From sequence record OM386654.1: a DNA stretch of 64,000 nt; one strand, written 5' to 3'. Positions 1-9,113 of this stretch are shown here, one piece after another. The notes under the pieces are model-generated. The model had not been told where the DNA came from. It saw only the letters and a program-made list of their open reading frames with translations, and did no database searches. The translations under genes were made by a program, and so were the position numbers. Within the stretch, counting starts at the first letter, position 1. Each line of letters starts with the position of its first letter. The DNA comes from Escherichia phage vB_EcoM_ESCO9.

Positions 1-135
1 GATATTGTAGAATACTTAATCGAATCCCCTGATGTTTGTATTGAGAAAGGATTGGCTCTTGCTAAGTATGTAAGAGATAACTACAATATTGATGATTTAA
101 ATGAAACCCGCAGACTGCTTATCGAGGATTTATAA
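1..135 (+). CDS. hypothetical protein, 3' end only (gene runs off window start)
   Basis: Open frame from nt 1 to TAA at 133-135; stop overlaps ATG of next ORF (TAATG). Confidence 0.35.
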   Translation, partial: DIVEYLIESPDVCIEKGLALAKYVRDNYNIDDLNETRRLLIEDL

Positions 136-404
136 TGCACACTTTTGATTTTGAGTATAAACAAGATAATAAAGAACCTATTATTGTTGAAGTAGATTAC
201 TATTATGAAGAACCTAACCCTTTCTCACGAGAAAGTGATTGGGATTATTATGGTGGTCTTATTGTTGATGGTATTAGGTTTTATTCTGGTACAAAAGACC
301 TTTTTGATATAGATATTTCCCCATCGGAAATTGTTTACCAATTTAAGAAACATATGGAAGATTTGGAAATGCAATATATTATGGAGACAAACGAATCATT
401 TTAG
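135..404 (+). CDS. hypothetical protein (89 aa)
   Basis: ORF track; co-oriented and tightly packed with replication genes. Confidence 0.5.
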   Translation: MHTFDFEYKQDNKEPIIVEVDYYYEEPNPFSRESDWDYYGGLIVDGIRFYSGTKDLFDIDISPSEIVYQFKKHMEDLEMQYIMETNESF

Positions 405-416
405 TAGGAGAATCCT

Positions 417-2189
417 GTGTCTTATGTTGTAAATAAATATGGGTATAACATTGATCTAAGTCAAGAAGGACATACTGGGTGTCCTCGTTGTATGAAAGGA
501 GGGCGTGATCGATCACAAAACAATTTGATGGTATATGGCTTAGATGCCGATGAAGACCATCGAGGCGCACATTGTTTTTCTTGTGGCTTTACTATCCCTG
601 ATCAAAAATGGTTAAATGCACACGGCGAAGAAATTGAAGAGGAGGATATCTTGGGTAGTGAGTTTAATCCAGAAGTACATGATAAACTAAAAGCCAGCAC
701 TGGAACTAATCCAAAAGGTTATCGCGGTATTCGTGAAGATATCTCTAAGCCTTTCGGTGTACGTTATATGTACGATGAAGCTACTGGCGAAGTAATTTCA
801 ACACTATACCCTACAACTAAAGATTACAATATTGCTGGGTATAAACAACGTATCGATCCAAAAGATTTCTCACATCCTATCGGTGAAACAGGAAAGGATT
901 GTGATCTTTTTGGGGAGTTTAAATATCGTAACCACAGCGGTACTATTCTAATCGTTGGTGGTGAACACGATATGCTGGCTGCAACACAGATGCTAAAAGA
1001 TTATAACAAGGGTGGTAAATATCCTGTTCCTGCTGTAGTATCTGGTACTTGTGGCGAAACATCTCTGCATAAGCAGCTTCAACATCGTTATAAATTCTTA
1101 GATCAATTTAAAAAGATTGTTCTATGTATGGATAATGATGAAGCTGGACGTGCAGCAGTTGAGAAATGTGTTAAAATCTTACCACGTAATAAAGTTTACG
1201 TGATGGAACTAACGGATGTTAAAGATCCTAACCAGGCACTAGTAGAAGGAAAAATTGATCATTTTATTGATCGCTTTTTCAAAGCTAAACTGTACACACC
1301 TGCTGGTGTTTACGCTTCTAACGTACTATATGAAGCAGCCTTGGAATGCCTGGAAGCTAAAATGATCACCCTTCCTCCATTCATGCGTGTTGCTTCGAAT
1401 ATGTTAGGTGGAGGCTTGGTAGAAGAAGAAATTACTGTTATACTTGCAAAAACAAGTATCGGTAAGACACTGTTGGTTAACGAGATTACGAAACACATTA
1501 TTCTTGCACACCCAGAACATACTCTTGGTATTTTATCTTTGGAGGCAACGTATAAGAAGTATTCTCGTAACTTACTGTCTTCATTCTTGCATATCCCTCT
1601 TCACCGTAAAACGAAAGAAGAGAAGGAAAAGATTTTAAAAGATAATGAAGAAAAGATTCGTGATTTTTACGAACGAGAAGATGGAACACCACGTTTCTAT
1701 GTTTGTGATGATCGTGGAGCTAACGTAGATGTGATTAAAGAGAAGGTTCTGGAAATGATTATTTATTTCGGAGTAACCATTCTTGTTATCGACCCTTATT
1801 CTGACTTGCTTTCTGGTATGGACGTGTCACAACAAGAGGAACTTGCGACGTGGCTGAAACGCATTATGAAAGAGTATGCAATAACCATTGTTGTAATTTC
1901 ACACGTTAAAAAGTCTTCTAACAATAGTAATGAACATATTGTAGAAGATGATGCAATGGGTAGTAGCTTCCTTGCTAAAGGTGCTGGTATCACAATTGCG
2001 CTGGAGCGTGATAAACAAGCTGAAGATCCTATGGAACGTAACCGCACATATTGCTACATTCTAAAGAACCGTGAGTTCTCAGAGACTGGTGCAGCAGGTA
2101 GTTTCTTCTATGAGATTAAAACAGCTACACTTCACGATTACGATCAATACACAAGTAACCCAGAGAATATTCCTGATGGTTCTTATTAA
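417..2189 (+). CDS. DNA primase/helicase (zinc ribbon + Toprim primase fused to DnaB-like P-loop helicase)
   Basis: GTG start after GGAGAA; CPRC...CFSC zinc ribbon; Toprim-like ILIVGGEHDM...CMDNDEAG; Walker A AKTSIGKT; Walker B-like VIDPYSD. Confidence 0.85.
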   Translation: MSYVVNKYGYNIDLSQEGHTGCPRCMKGGRDRSQNNLMVYGLDADEDHRGAHCFSCGFTIPDQKWLNAHGEEIEEEDILGSEFNPEVHDKLKASTGTNPKGYRGIREDISKPFGVRYMYDEATGEVISTLYPTTKDYNIAGYKQRIDPKDFSHPIGETGKDCDLFGEFKYRNHSGTILIVGGEHDMLAATQMLKDYNKGGKYPVPAVVSGTCGETSLHKQLQHRYKFLDQFKKIVLCMDNDEAGRAAVEKCVKILPRNKVYVMELTDVKDPNQALVEGKIDHFIDRFFKAKLYTPAGVYASNVLYEAALECLEAKMITLPPFMRVASNMLGGGLVEEEITVILAKTSIGKTLLVNEITKHIILAHPEHTLGILSLEATYKKYSRNLLSSFLHIPLHRKTKEEKEKILKDNEEKIRDFYEREDGTPRFYVCDDRGANVDVIKEKVLEMIIYFGVTILVIDPYSDLLSGMDVSQQEELATWLKRIMKEYAITIVVISHVKKSSNNSNEHIVEDDAMGSSFLAKGAGITIALERDKQAEDPMERNRTYCYILKNREFSETGAAGSFFYEIKTATLHDYDQYTSNPENIPDGSY

Positions 2190-2199
2190 GGAGAGAAAT

Positions 2200-2595
2200 A
2201 TGAAAGACAACGAAAATATCCTTTATGGGGTATCCCCTTCTGCGTTAGGGTATGATTATACGAAAACTGTTGCTAAGTTTAAATTTCAAGATGGATCGGA
2301 GTTAGAACCATACGGTTATGCTTATGGTGAACATTTGTGGTTTGAGGATGGTTGCCTATACCTTCTCATTCAAACTACCAGTGGTTTTGTGGGAGAGCTT
2401 GTAGATCGTATGCTGAAAAATGTTAGTGATAAAGTTGTTCTTGATATCGCTAGTAAGGATGAAAACATTAATAACATTGTTTCCACTTTTAATGGTTTGA
2501 CAGGCACTGTTAAAATTGAACGTGTAGGCTTGAGAAATACCAATGGTGTCCCTAATTGCCTTATTAAAGTACAACTAAGTGCTGACAATAAATAA
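2200..2595 (+). CDS. hypothetical protein (131 aa)
   Basis: ATG at 2200 preceded by GGAGAG; the track's longer ORF from 2071 would overlap the helicase gene. Confidence 0.5.
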   Translation: MKDNENILYGVSPSALGYDYTKTVAKFKFQDGSELEPYGYAYGEHLWFEDGCLYLLIQTTSGFVGELVDRMLKNVSDKVVLDIASKDENINNIVSTFNGLTGTVKIERVGLRNTNGVPNCLIKVQLSADNK

Positions 2596-2685
2596 CAAGA
2601 AGGGGCGAAAGCCCCTTTACAAAACAATTAATTTGTGGTACAGTATTAACAAATTAAGACTTTAGAAATATTTTAAGGAGGGAGA

Positions 2686-5265
2686 ATGGGAGCTTTTACT
2701 TTCGACATTGAAAGTAACAACTTGCTTAATGACGAAAGTGTAGATTACTTGGCAAGTCCATATCGTTTAAAAGATAGTTTTGCAATGCACTGTATTGTGT
2801 GCGAAAGTCATGATACTGGAGAGATTATTGCTTTCCATGATGGTGATAAATATCTTTTCGATGGTCGTCCGTATATTGAGACTGACGGAAAGTATGAATA
2901 CCGACTGGAGGAATATGAGCATTTAGAATATACCCATTTCCCTCTTAAAGATTTTCCTGATTTTGTAAATGGAACAGGTAAATTTAAAGGTAATTCAAAC
3001 TATAAAATTACCAAAGTAGTTGGACATAACATCATTAACTTTGACTTACTGGCAATTAAATTATTTTTTAAACTCAACTACAGTATTAAGTACAATACTT
3101 GGGGTAATAGTAACATTGAAATTTGTGATACTATGATCTTAAGTAAGACACTAAACCCTGATCGCTTCGGTGGTCATAGTCTGGCAGAGTTATCTAAGAA
3201 AGCTGGAGGGGATGTTAAAATTGATTTTAGAAAAAACATCCCTGAAACTGAAAGATTTAAAACATTTGCAGCAGATATGCTGTATTACTGTATTTACGAT
3301 AACAAAGCTAACACCGCAGTGTTCCGTTATTTGATGGAAGAGTGGGGTGATTATAATAAGTGGTCTGAACCATTTAACTTAGAACAACGTGTAGCTGATA
3401 TTATTACACGTCAAGAGCACCGTGGCTTTGCTTTCAATATGAAGCAAGCAGAAGATAATATTCGTGATCTGGATGCTCGAATGGAAGCATGTCGTTTAGA
3501 GGCAGAACCTGTGCTACCTCCTAAACCTGCTACTAAAGGTTATTTGAAATCATTCATTCCACCTAAACTACAGTTTAAAAAGAATGGTGAACCTTCAAGT
3601 AACATGATAAAGTTTGCAGAGAAACATTCTGGTGAACTTGTACAAAAAGAAGATGGTTGGTGGTTATTTGCATTAGGTAAAGAGTTTAAACTGCCTATTC
3701 CAGCAGAAGAACCTATTTGTGATCCTACAGTACCTGCTACTTTAGACGACACTACACATATTAAAAATTGGTTAGTTGGTTTAGGTTGGAGTCCATCTGA
3801 ATATAAAGATAAAGATATCACTCTTAAATCTGGCACTAAGATTAAGAAAGATGAAGCACAAATGGAGAAAGCTATTCGTGACTATGTTGATCAAACATTA
3901 GCATCTAACTTCTGCCAGGATAGATGTGATCATCTGGAGTGCACACCAGAAACTTTGGAATGGAAACTAAGAGATCGTATTGCTAAAGCTAAAGGTCGTG
4001 GTGTTAAGGTGCTTACTAACCCTTCCTTTACAAAAGGGCAAGAGAAGGATATTTGTCCTAACTTGGAAGCACTAGGTGAAAAGTTTCCTTATGCTACGCA
4101 GATTGTGCAGTATCTTACGTATAAACATCGTAGAAACTCTATTCTAGGCGGTGGTGCTGATTGGGAAGAGGATGAAGAGGATTACGATAAAGGTTATCTG
4201 GCGGCAGTAAGGGCTGATGGTCGTATACCGACTCCTGCTGCAACGTGTGATGCAGCTACGTCTCGTATGAAACATAGGTTAGTAGCAAATATCCCACGTG
4301 TAACATCTCTGTACGGATATGAAATGCGTAACTTATTTGGTGTAGAAGTTCCAAAATACTTCCAAATTGGTTATGACTTTGATTCTCTTGAGGCAAAAAT
4401 AGAATCACACTACTGTTGGCGGTACGAGCAGGAACCACATGAATATTGTAATGCTCTATTATTGGAAAAACCTAATGATGTTCATACAATGATGGCTCGA
4501 CGTATTTCTGACACTATTGGTCGTAAGTTTGAACGAAGCCCTGCTAAATCTGTTAAGTATGGTATTACTTATGGTGCTCAAGCTGCAAAAGTAGCAAAAA
4601 CTATAGGTAGTGATATGTATACAGGACAGCTTGTATACGATGCTTTCTGGGAAGCTGCAAAACCTCTTGCGCTTCTTAAAGAACGTCTGCATGATTTTTG
4701 GGTTAAAACAGGTAAGAAATACATTCTTGGTATTGATGGTAGGAAAGTACCTACACGATCTGCACACGCAATACTTAACTCTCTGTTCCAGAGTGGTGGT
4801 GTTATTTGTGCAAAAAGAGCAATGGTTATCTACGACGATCTTATCGAAGAAGAAGGATTAGCTGTTGACTTTTTTGTTGATGACTGGAAAAATAAGTCAT
4901 TCGTTCAACAAATGATTGCATATCACGATGAAGCACAGCTTGAAGTAACTCGTGATCTGGTGCATTTTAAATGGTTCTCTAAAGAATCTTTAGGTTGGAC
5001 TCAAGTTGATGATCCAGAAGAACAAAAGAAAATTGATAAAGAATGTTTGGATAAGGTTAATGCCTGGAAAGAAGAGGAAGAGAAACGTACTGGCAAGATT
5101 TGGGCTAACGTACATGAATCTCCGAAAGGTGGTTGGTTTACAGCCTACAGTCGTGCTGGAGAATTAGCATCTATCGCTGTTAATAAAGCTGGTGAGTATT
5201 ACAATCTTAATGTACCTCTCACTGCTGGTTACGATGTTGGTAGTTCATGGTCAACTTGTCACTGA
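2686..5265 (+). CDS. DNA polymerase, family A (Pol I-like) with 3'-5' exonuclease domain
   Basis: 859 aa; exo motif VGHNIINFDL; motif B-like KSVKYGITYGAQ; motif C AYHDEAQLEV; RBS AAGGAGGGAG. Confidence 0.9.
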   Translation: MGAFTFDIESNNLLNDESVDYLASPYRLKDSFAMHCIVCESHDTGEIIAFHDGDKYLFDGRPYIETDGKYEYRLEEYEHLEYTHFPLKDFPDFVNGTGKFKGNSNYKITKVVGHNIINFDLLAIKLFFKLNYSIKYNTWGNSNIEICDTMILSKTLNPDRFGGHSLAELSKKAGGDVKIDFRKNIPETERFKTFAADMLYYCIYDNKANTAVFRYLMEEWGDYNKWSEPFNLEQRVADIITRQEHRGFAFNMKQAEDNIRDLDARMEACRLEAEPVLPPKPATKGYLKSFIPPKLQFKKNGEPSSNMIKFAEKHSGELVQKEDGWWLFALGKEFKLPIPAEEPICDPTVPATLDDTTHIKNWLVGLGWSPSEYKDKDITLKSGTKIKKDEAQMEKAIRDYVDQTLASNFCQDRCDHLECTPETLEWKLRDRIAKAKGRGVKVLTNPSFTKGQEKDICPNLEALGEKFPYATQIVQYLTYKHRRNSILGGGADWEEDEEDYDKGYLAAVRADGRIPTPAATCDAATSRMKHRLVANIPRVTSLYGYEMRNLFGVEVPKYFQIGYDFDSLEAKIESHYCWRYEQEPHEYCNALLLEKPNDVHTMMARRISDTIGRKFERSPAKSVKYGITYGAQAAKVAKTIGSDMYTGQLVYDAFWEAAKPLALLKERLHDFWVKTGKKYILGIDGRKVPTRSAHAILNSLFQSGGVICAKRAMVIYDDLIEEEGLAVDFFVDDWKNKSFVQQMIAYHDEAQLEVTRDLVHFKWFSKESLGWTQVDDPEEQKKIDKECLDKVNAWKEEEEKRTGKIWANVHESPKGGWFTAYSRAGELASIAVNKAGEYYNLNVPLTAGYDVGSSWSTCH

Positions 5266-5292
5266 CATCTCTTTGATTTTAAAGGAGTTTTT

Positions 5293-5889
5293 ATGCTTAC
5301 CGTATATGGTGAAGGTATTAATGATTTGGAAGGCGAGAGTACGCTACCTGGTAGTAAGAAACTAACGCCGCATTATATGAAATGGATGGCTATGTTGGGG
5401 AGGTGTTACTCCCCTTGTCAACAAGAACGTGATCCTTGTTATAATGGGGTGACGGTTTGTGAAGAATGGAAACTGTTCTCCAATTTCTACTCTTGGTTGC
5501 AAACTTGGGATAACTGGGAAAACTTAGAACTTGATAAAGATATTATAGGAGGGAGAGTTTACTCTCCCGATACCTGTCTTTTAGTAACAGGAGATCTTAA
5601 CAAGTTCTTAGCTTATAGAGTAAGTAAAAGATCTCATGGGACTATGGTAGGATGTAGTTACGAAAAAGATCGTAAAAAGTATAAAGCCCATATTCAACGT
5701 GATGGACGTGTTATAACACTGGGACGTTTTAATACTGAAATTGAAGCGCATCTTTGTTGGTTGAAGGCTAAGGCAGAACAGCTTACAAAATTCTTTGAAA
5801 CTGAAGATGAAAGAGTTGTTCCACATCTTAAAGCACTATATAATGAAATGCTTGAGCATGTAGAACAACACAAAGAGTGGACACGATAG
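5293..5889 (+). CDS. AP2-domain DNA-binding protein, possible homing-endonuclease-like gene
   Basis: C-terminal YKAHIQRDGRVITLGRFNTEIEAHLCW resembles the AP2 DNA-binding domain found in phage homing endonucleases; no catalytic motif identified by eye. Confidence 0.4.
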   Translation: MLTVYGEGINDLEGESTLPGSKKLTPHYMKWMAMLGRCYSPCQQERDPCYNGVTVCEEWKLFSNFYSWLQTWDNWENLELDKDIIGGRVYSPDTCLLVTGDLNKFLAYRVSKRSHGTMVGCSYEKDRKKYKAHIQRDGRVITLGRFNTEIEAHLCWLKAKAEQLTKFFETEDERVVPHLKALYNEMLEHVEQHKEWTR

Positions 5890-5897
5890 GAGAAAAT

Positions 5898-6491
5898 ATG
5901 AATATTGAAGATCAAAAAGTACGAGCTTTAGAAGTATTACGTATGTGCCAACTGGTAGATCCGTTTGCAATTGTAGCTGGCGGCGCTGTACGTGACTGGC
6001 GATTAGAGAAACCTGCGCAAGATATTGACATTTACTTGCGTATGCCTAACCACAATACACTCGTGCTAGTAGAGAAGTTTTTGATGTTGGGTGTTGGTGC
6101 ACGTAATGTTAAACAACTTACTAAGCAAACAGAACACACTTATGCCGAACTACCACATTTGAAATGGGTATTTGAAGCATACTATAAAGACCTTAAGTTT
6201 AACTTTATGATCATGGAAGAAGGTGTACGCAGTGAAATCGTATGGAACTTTGATGTAGCTATTTGCCTGTGTTACTGGGATGGTCAAAATTATGTATATC
6301 ATCCAGATTTTGAATTTGCACTGAAAACTAATATTTGTACTATTAATCACCGCTACACAGGTAAAGAAGCACACGTCCGTAAAATGGCAGAACGTTTCCC
6401 TATGTTCCGCTTTGTAAAAGACGTTTTCATTCCCAAAGAACCAGAAGTACGTACACTGGATTCATTTAACAACGAAGAATTTAAGATTTAA
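5898..6491 (+). CDS. hypothetical protein
   Basis: ATG at 5898 preceded by AGGAG; track start at 5877 has no RBS and overlaps the upstream gene. Confidence 0.5.
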   Translation: MNIEDQKVRALEVLRMCQLVDPFAIVAGGAVRDWRLEKPAQDIDIYLRMPNHNTLVLVEKFLMLGVGARNVKQLTKQTEHTYAELPHLKWVFEAYYKDLKFNFMIMEEGVRSEIVWNFDVAICLCYWDGQNYVYHPDFEFALKTNICTINHRYTGKEAHVRKMAERFPMFRFVKDVFIPKEPEVRTLDSFNNEEFKI

Positions 6492-6494
6492 GTG

Positions 6495-6524
6495 TTGACA
6501 AACATTATAATTATGTGTTATTAT
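6495..6524 (+). promoter_or_regulatory. sigma70-like promoter (-35 TTGACA, -10 TATTAT)
   Basis: TTGACA at 6495-6500, 18-nt spacer, TATTAT at 6519-6524 preceded by TGTG; 10 nt upstream of the ATG at 6535. Confidence 0.4.
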
Positions 6525-6534
6525 TAGGACTTGA

Positions 6535-6933
6535 ATGACAGATAATCGTTCTAAAATCTTAGTCGAGACGTTCTACAGTAGAGAAACTAATCGTCTTGAG
6601 CTAACTAAAAAAGATGTTGAACCTCAAGATAATACCTTTTTTATTCAAATACTATGTCTCTTTGGTGGATACAATCGTTTAACAGTGAGAGTAGAAAACA
6701 AAGAGATATCTGAAACCACTATCACAAAACGTGAACTAATGCTACTACAGGATACAATACGAGATGTTTTGGATAATCCTGGAAAAGCAAAAGTAATTAA
6801 CCTTGGTGGAGAAAAGATACAAATCCTCCATTTCGAAAGTGGTGAAATAGGATTTGGTATTGGTCTTGGTAAATACCTGTTGGAAGAAACTGACGCTACT
6901 CTTTTACGAGAGTTTTGTGTTAAAGTAATGTAA
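6535..6933 (+). CDS. hypothetical protein (132 aa)
   Basis: ORF track; promoter-like element immediately upstream. Confidence 0.5.
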   Translation: MTDNRSKILVETFYSRETNRLELTKKDVEPQDNTFFIQILCLFGGYNRLTVRVENKEISETTITKRELMLLQDTIRDVLDNPGKAKVINLGGEKIQILHFESGEIGFGIGLGKYLLEETDATLLREFCVKVM

Positions 6934-6949
6934 TTATAGAGGAGAATTT

Positions 6950-7897
6950 ATGCCAGTAATTAATTCTGAAATCGATCGTCGTACTAAAAAAGAAGCATTC
7001 TGGGCTGAAGGTATCGTTGAATATGTCAAACTAGATAAGTTTGATGAAATGAAAGTCTCTTATATTAAGGTTGCAGGTCAGCCAGATAAGAAAATTGAAT
7101 CAACTCACAAAGCATCCCTGCTTATTAAAGAGAAAGGTGCTGGTGCTGATGATAAAGGTGTTTGGGTTAGCCTAGGTGAAGTTAAACTGCACCCAGAACA
7201 TGAAAACCTGCAAGTTAAAGATGGTGATAAGTGGATTACTATCGAAAAAGGTGTAGAAGTAACTATGGATGTTAAACCTTCCGAATGGAATGGCAAAACA
7301 TACTACAACTCCTCTAAAGGTAAAATCACTGTTCTTTCAACAGAAGGTGTTCAGCAAGCACAATCTTCTTCAAAAGGTGGAAATAAGCCATCTAATAACG
7401 AAGGTAGCAAGCCTAACTACAAAAAACGTGATACCGTAGGGATTGAAACAGGACACGCTGTAAACGGCGCTCTGGAGCTTCTACGTGCTGGTGTGAAAGG
7501 TGATGCTTTCGACTTGGCTGGTGTGGTACAATCTGCAACTGTTAATCTGAAAGCAGAAATTGCTAAAGATCGTGGCGTTGATGTGACTGACTATGATCTT
7601 GGTGCTTCAGTTGGACACGCAATTCTTAACGCTTGTCGTGATCATACAGGTAAAACTGTAACGGCAGAAGAGATTATTGAAGCTGCTCGTGAAGTTCTTG
7701 CTTTGTCTGATAAAGTAGCTGCTGCTATCCGTGGAATGTCTACCCCAGTACAAGAAGTTAAGAAAGAAACTAAAAAAGTAGAGAAAAAAGAGCCAGCACC
7801 GAAAGAACCAGAACCTGTTGTTCAAGATTTCGATGATGATATCCCATTTGCTCCTATTGGTTTGCAGTATGGTCGAAATTTCCTGCACTGTTTCTAA
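6950..7897 (+). CDS. single-stranded DNA-binding protein-like
   Basis: Contains DFDDDIPF, identical to the acidic C-terminal tip of bacterial SSB, followed by 15 extra residues; Gly/Ser/Asn-rich linker; high-expression-like codon usage; RBS AGGAG. Confidence 0.5.
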   Translation: MPVINSEIDRRTKKEAFWAEGIVEYVKLDKFDEMKVSYIKVAGQPDKKIESTHKASLLIKEKGAGADDKGVWVSLGEVKLHPEHENLQVKDGDKWITIEKGVEVTMDVKPSEWNGKTYYNSSKGKITVLSTEGVQQAQSSSKGGNKPSNNEGSKPNYKKRDTVGIETGHAVNGALELLRAGVKGDAFDLAGVVQSATVNLKAEIAKDRGVDVTDYDLGASVGHAILNACRDHTGKTVTAEEIIEAAREVLALSDKVAAAIRGMSTPVQEVKKETKKVEKKEPAPKEPEPVVQDFDDDIPFAPIGLQYGRNFLHCF

Positions 7898-7919
7898 TAG
7901 TTAAATATTGTGTGAATAT

Positions 7920-7945
7920 AAGGAGCCTAACGGCTCCTTTTCTTT
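7920..7945 (+). terminator. rho-independent terminator (GGAGCC-TAAC-GGCTCC + T-run)
   Basis: Perfect 6-bp stem with tetraloop at 7922-7937 followed by TTTTCTTT. Confidence 0.5.
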
Positions 7946-7957
7946 GAAGGAGATATA

Positions 7958-8689
7958 ATGAGCGAATTTGTAAACAACACCGCATTAAACTACCTGCAAA
8001 CCCTCGAAAGCAATAGTGTAGATTTGATTCTTACTGACCCACCATATGCTATTTCTCGTGACACAAATTTTCAGTCTGGAGAGCCTACTGGAAAAGATAC
8101 GGATAGATTCCGTGTATCTTACAACTTCGGTGATTGGGATGTTGTAGATATTCCTTACTTTAAAGAAGTATTCAAAGAAGCCTACAGGGTGCTTAGAAAA
8201 GGTGGTACTTGCATAGTTTGGTATGATATCTGGAAGATCCAGGAACTACGTGAAATCCTTGAACCGCTTGGTTTTCGTATGTTCCGTACCATCGAATGGA
8301 TTAAAACAAACCCTGTACCCATCAACAGTGGTGTTAACTACCTTAGTAACGCTAAAGAGATGGCTATTGTTTGTGTTAAAGGTTCGAAACCAACCTTCAA
8401 TGCTTCCTACCATAAGGGTGTGTTTGAGTATCCTATCTATCAAGGAGCAGATCGTTTTCATCCAACACAAAAACACTTGACTTTGTTTTGTGACCTTATT
8501 AATATACACACCAACGAAGGAGATGTAGTCTTAGACTTCTTCTCTGGAAGTGCAACAACACAAGTTGCGGCACTTTTAACAGGTAGAGAATACTTAGGCT
8601 GTGAAGCCGATGTAAATATTTTTAAGCAAGCGGAGGAACGACTAAATGAGTACACTGAACAGCAAAATCACCCTGAAAGCACTGATTAA
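7958..8689 (+). CDS. DNA methyltransferase (amino-MTase, N6-adenine or N4-cytosine)
   Basis: Motif IV LILTDPPYA (DPPY) precedes motif I VVLDFFSGSATT (FxGxG), the beta-class order. Confidence 0.8.
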   Translation: MSEFVNNTALNYLQTLESNSVDLILTDPPYAISRDTNFQSGEPTGKDTDRFRVSYNFGDWDVVDIPYFKEVFKEAYRVLRKGGTCIVWYDIWKIQELREILEPLGFRMFRTIEWIKTNPVPINSGVNYLSNAKEMAIVCVKGSKPTFNASYHKGVFEYPIYQGADRFHPTQKHLTLFCDLINIHTNEGDVVLDFFSGSATTQVAALLTGREYLGCEADVNIFKQAEERLNEYTEQQNHPESTD

Positions 8690-9077
8690 CAATGGTATGA
8701 ACCTGGACTCTGGTCTGTCTCCAAAGATTTCTATGGCACGACTGGAACAAGTTACTGGTCTTCGTCAAGTAAGTAATGGCGGTAAGATTATTCGTGATGA
8801 CGCTGTACCTTTTAATAAGTTTCAGATTGAACGTCATTACGATCCTGTAACTGCAAGCCTCACTGGTGTAACTTTCTCAGGTTATCGTACTGCCGGATAC
8901 CAGCGTAAAGTTGTAGCTGAACGTATTAAGAGTCGCAAACAGAAAATTGCGACATTGAAGAAACTGGTAGAGAAAGATGTTTCAGAACTTCTTAACCTGT
9001 ATGAAACTCTTGAGACAAAAGGTGAAGATCATAAACTCTTCTCTAAAGAAGATGTAAGCGTAATTTTCACTGATTAA
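8646..9077 (+). CDS. hypothetical protein (143 aa)
   Basis: ORF track; start overlaps the end of the methyltransferase gene. Confidence 0.45.
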   Translation: MSTLNSKITLKALINNGMNLDSGLSPKISMARLEQVTGLRQVSNGGKIIRDDAVPFNKFQIERHYDPVTASLTGVTFSGYRTAGYQRKVVAERIKSRKQKIATLKKLVEKDVSELLNLYETLETKGEDHKLFSKEDVSVIFTD

Positions 9078-9080
9078 GAT

Positions 9081-9113
9081 AAAAGAAAAGGAGCCTAATG
9101 GCTCCTTTTTGTT
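9081..9113. terminator. bidirectional terminator between convergent genes (A-run, GGAGCC-TAAT-GGCTCC, T-run)
   Basis: Hairpin at 9090-9105 flanked by A-run and T-run; sits where the plus block meets the minus block. Confidence 0.5.

Noticed and set aside
2071-2199. Track start at 2071 for the ORF after the primase/helicase
   Set aside because: Would overlap 119 nt of the helicase gene in another frame; the ATG at 2200 with a GGAGAG RBS is the likely start.
5877-5897. Track start codon at 5877 for the gene after the AP2-domain protein
   Set aside because: No Shine-Dalgarno and it overlaps the upstream gene; the ATG at 5898 has AGGAG at ideal spacing.
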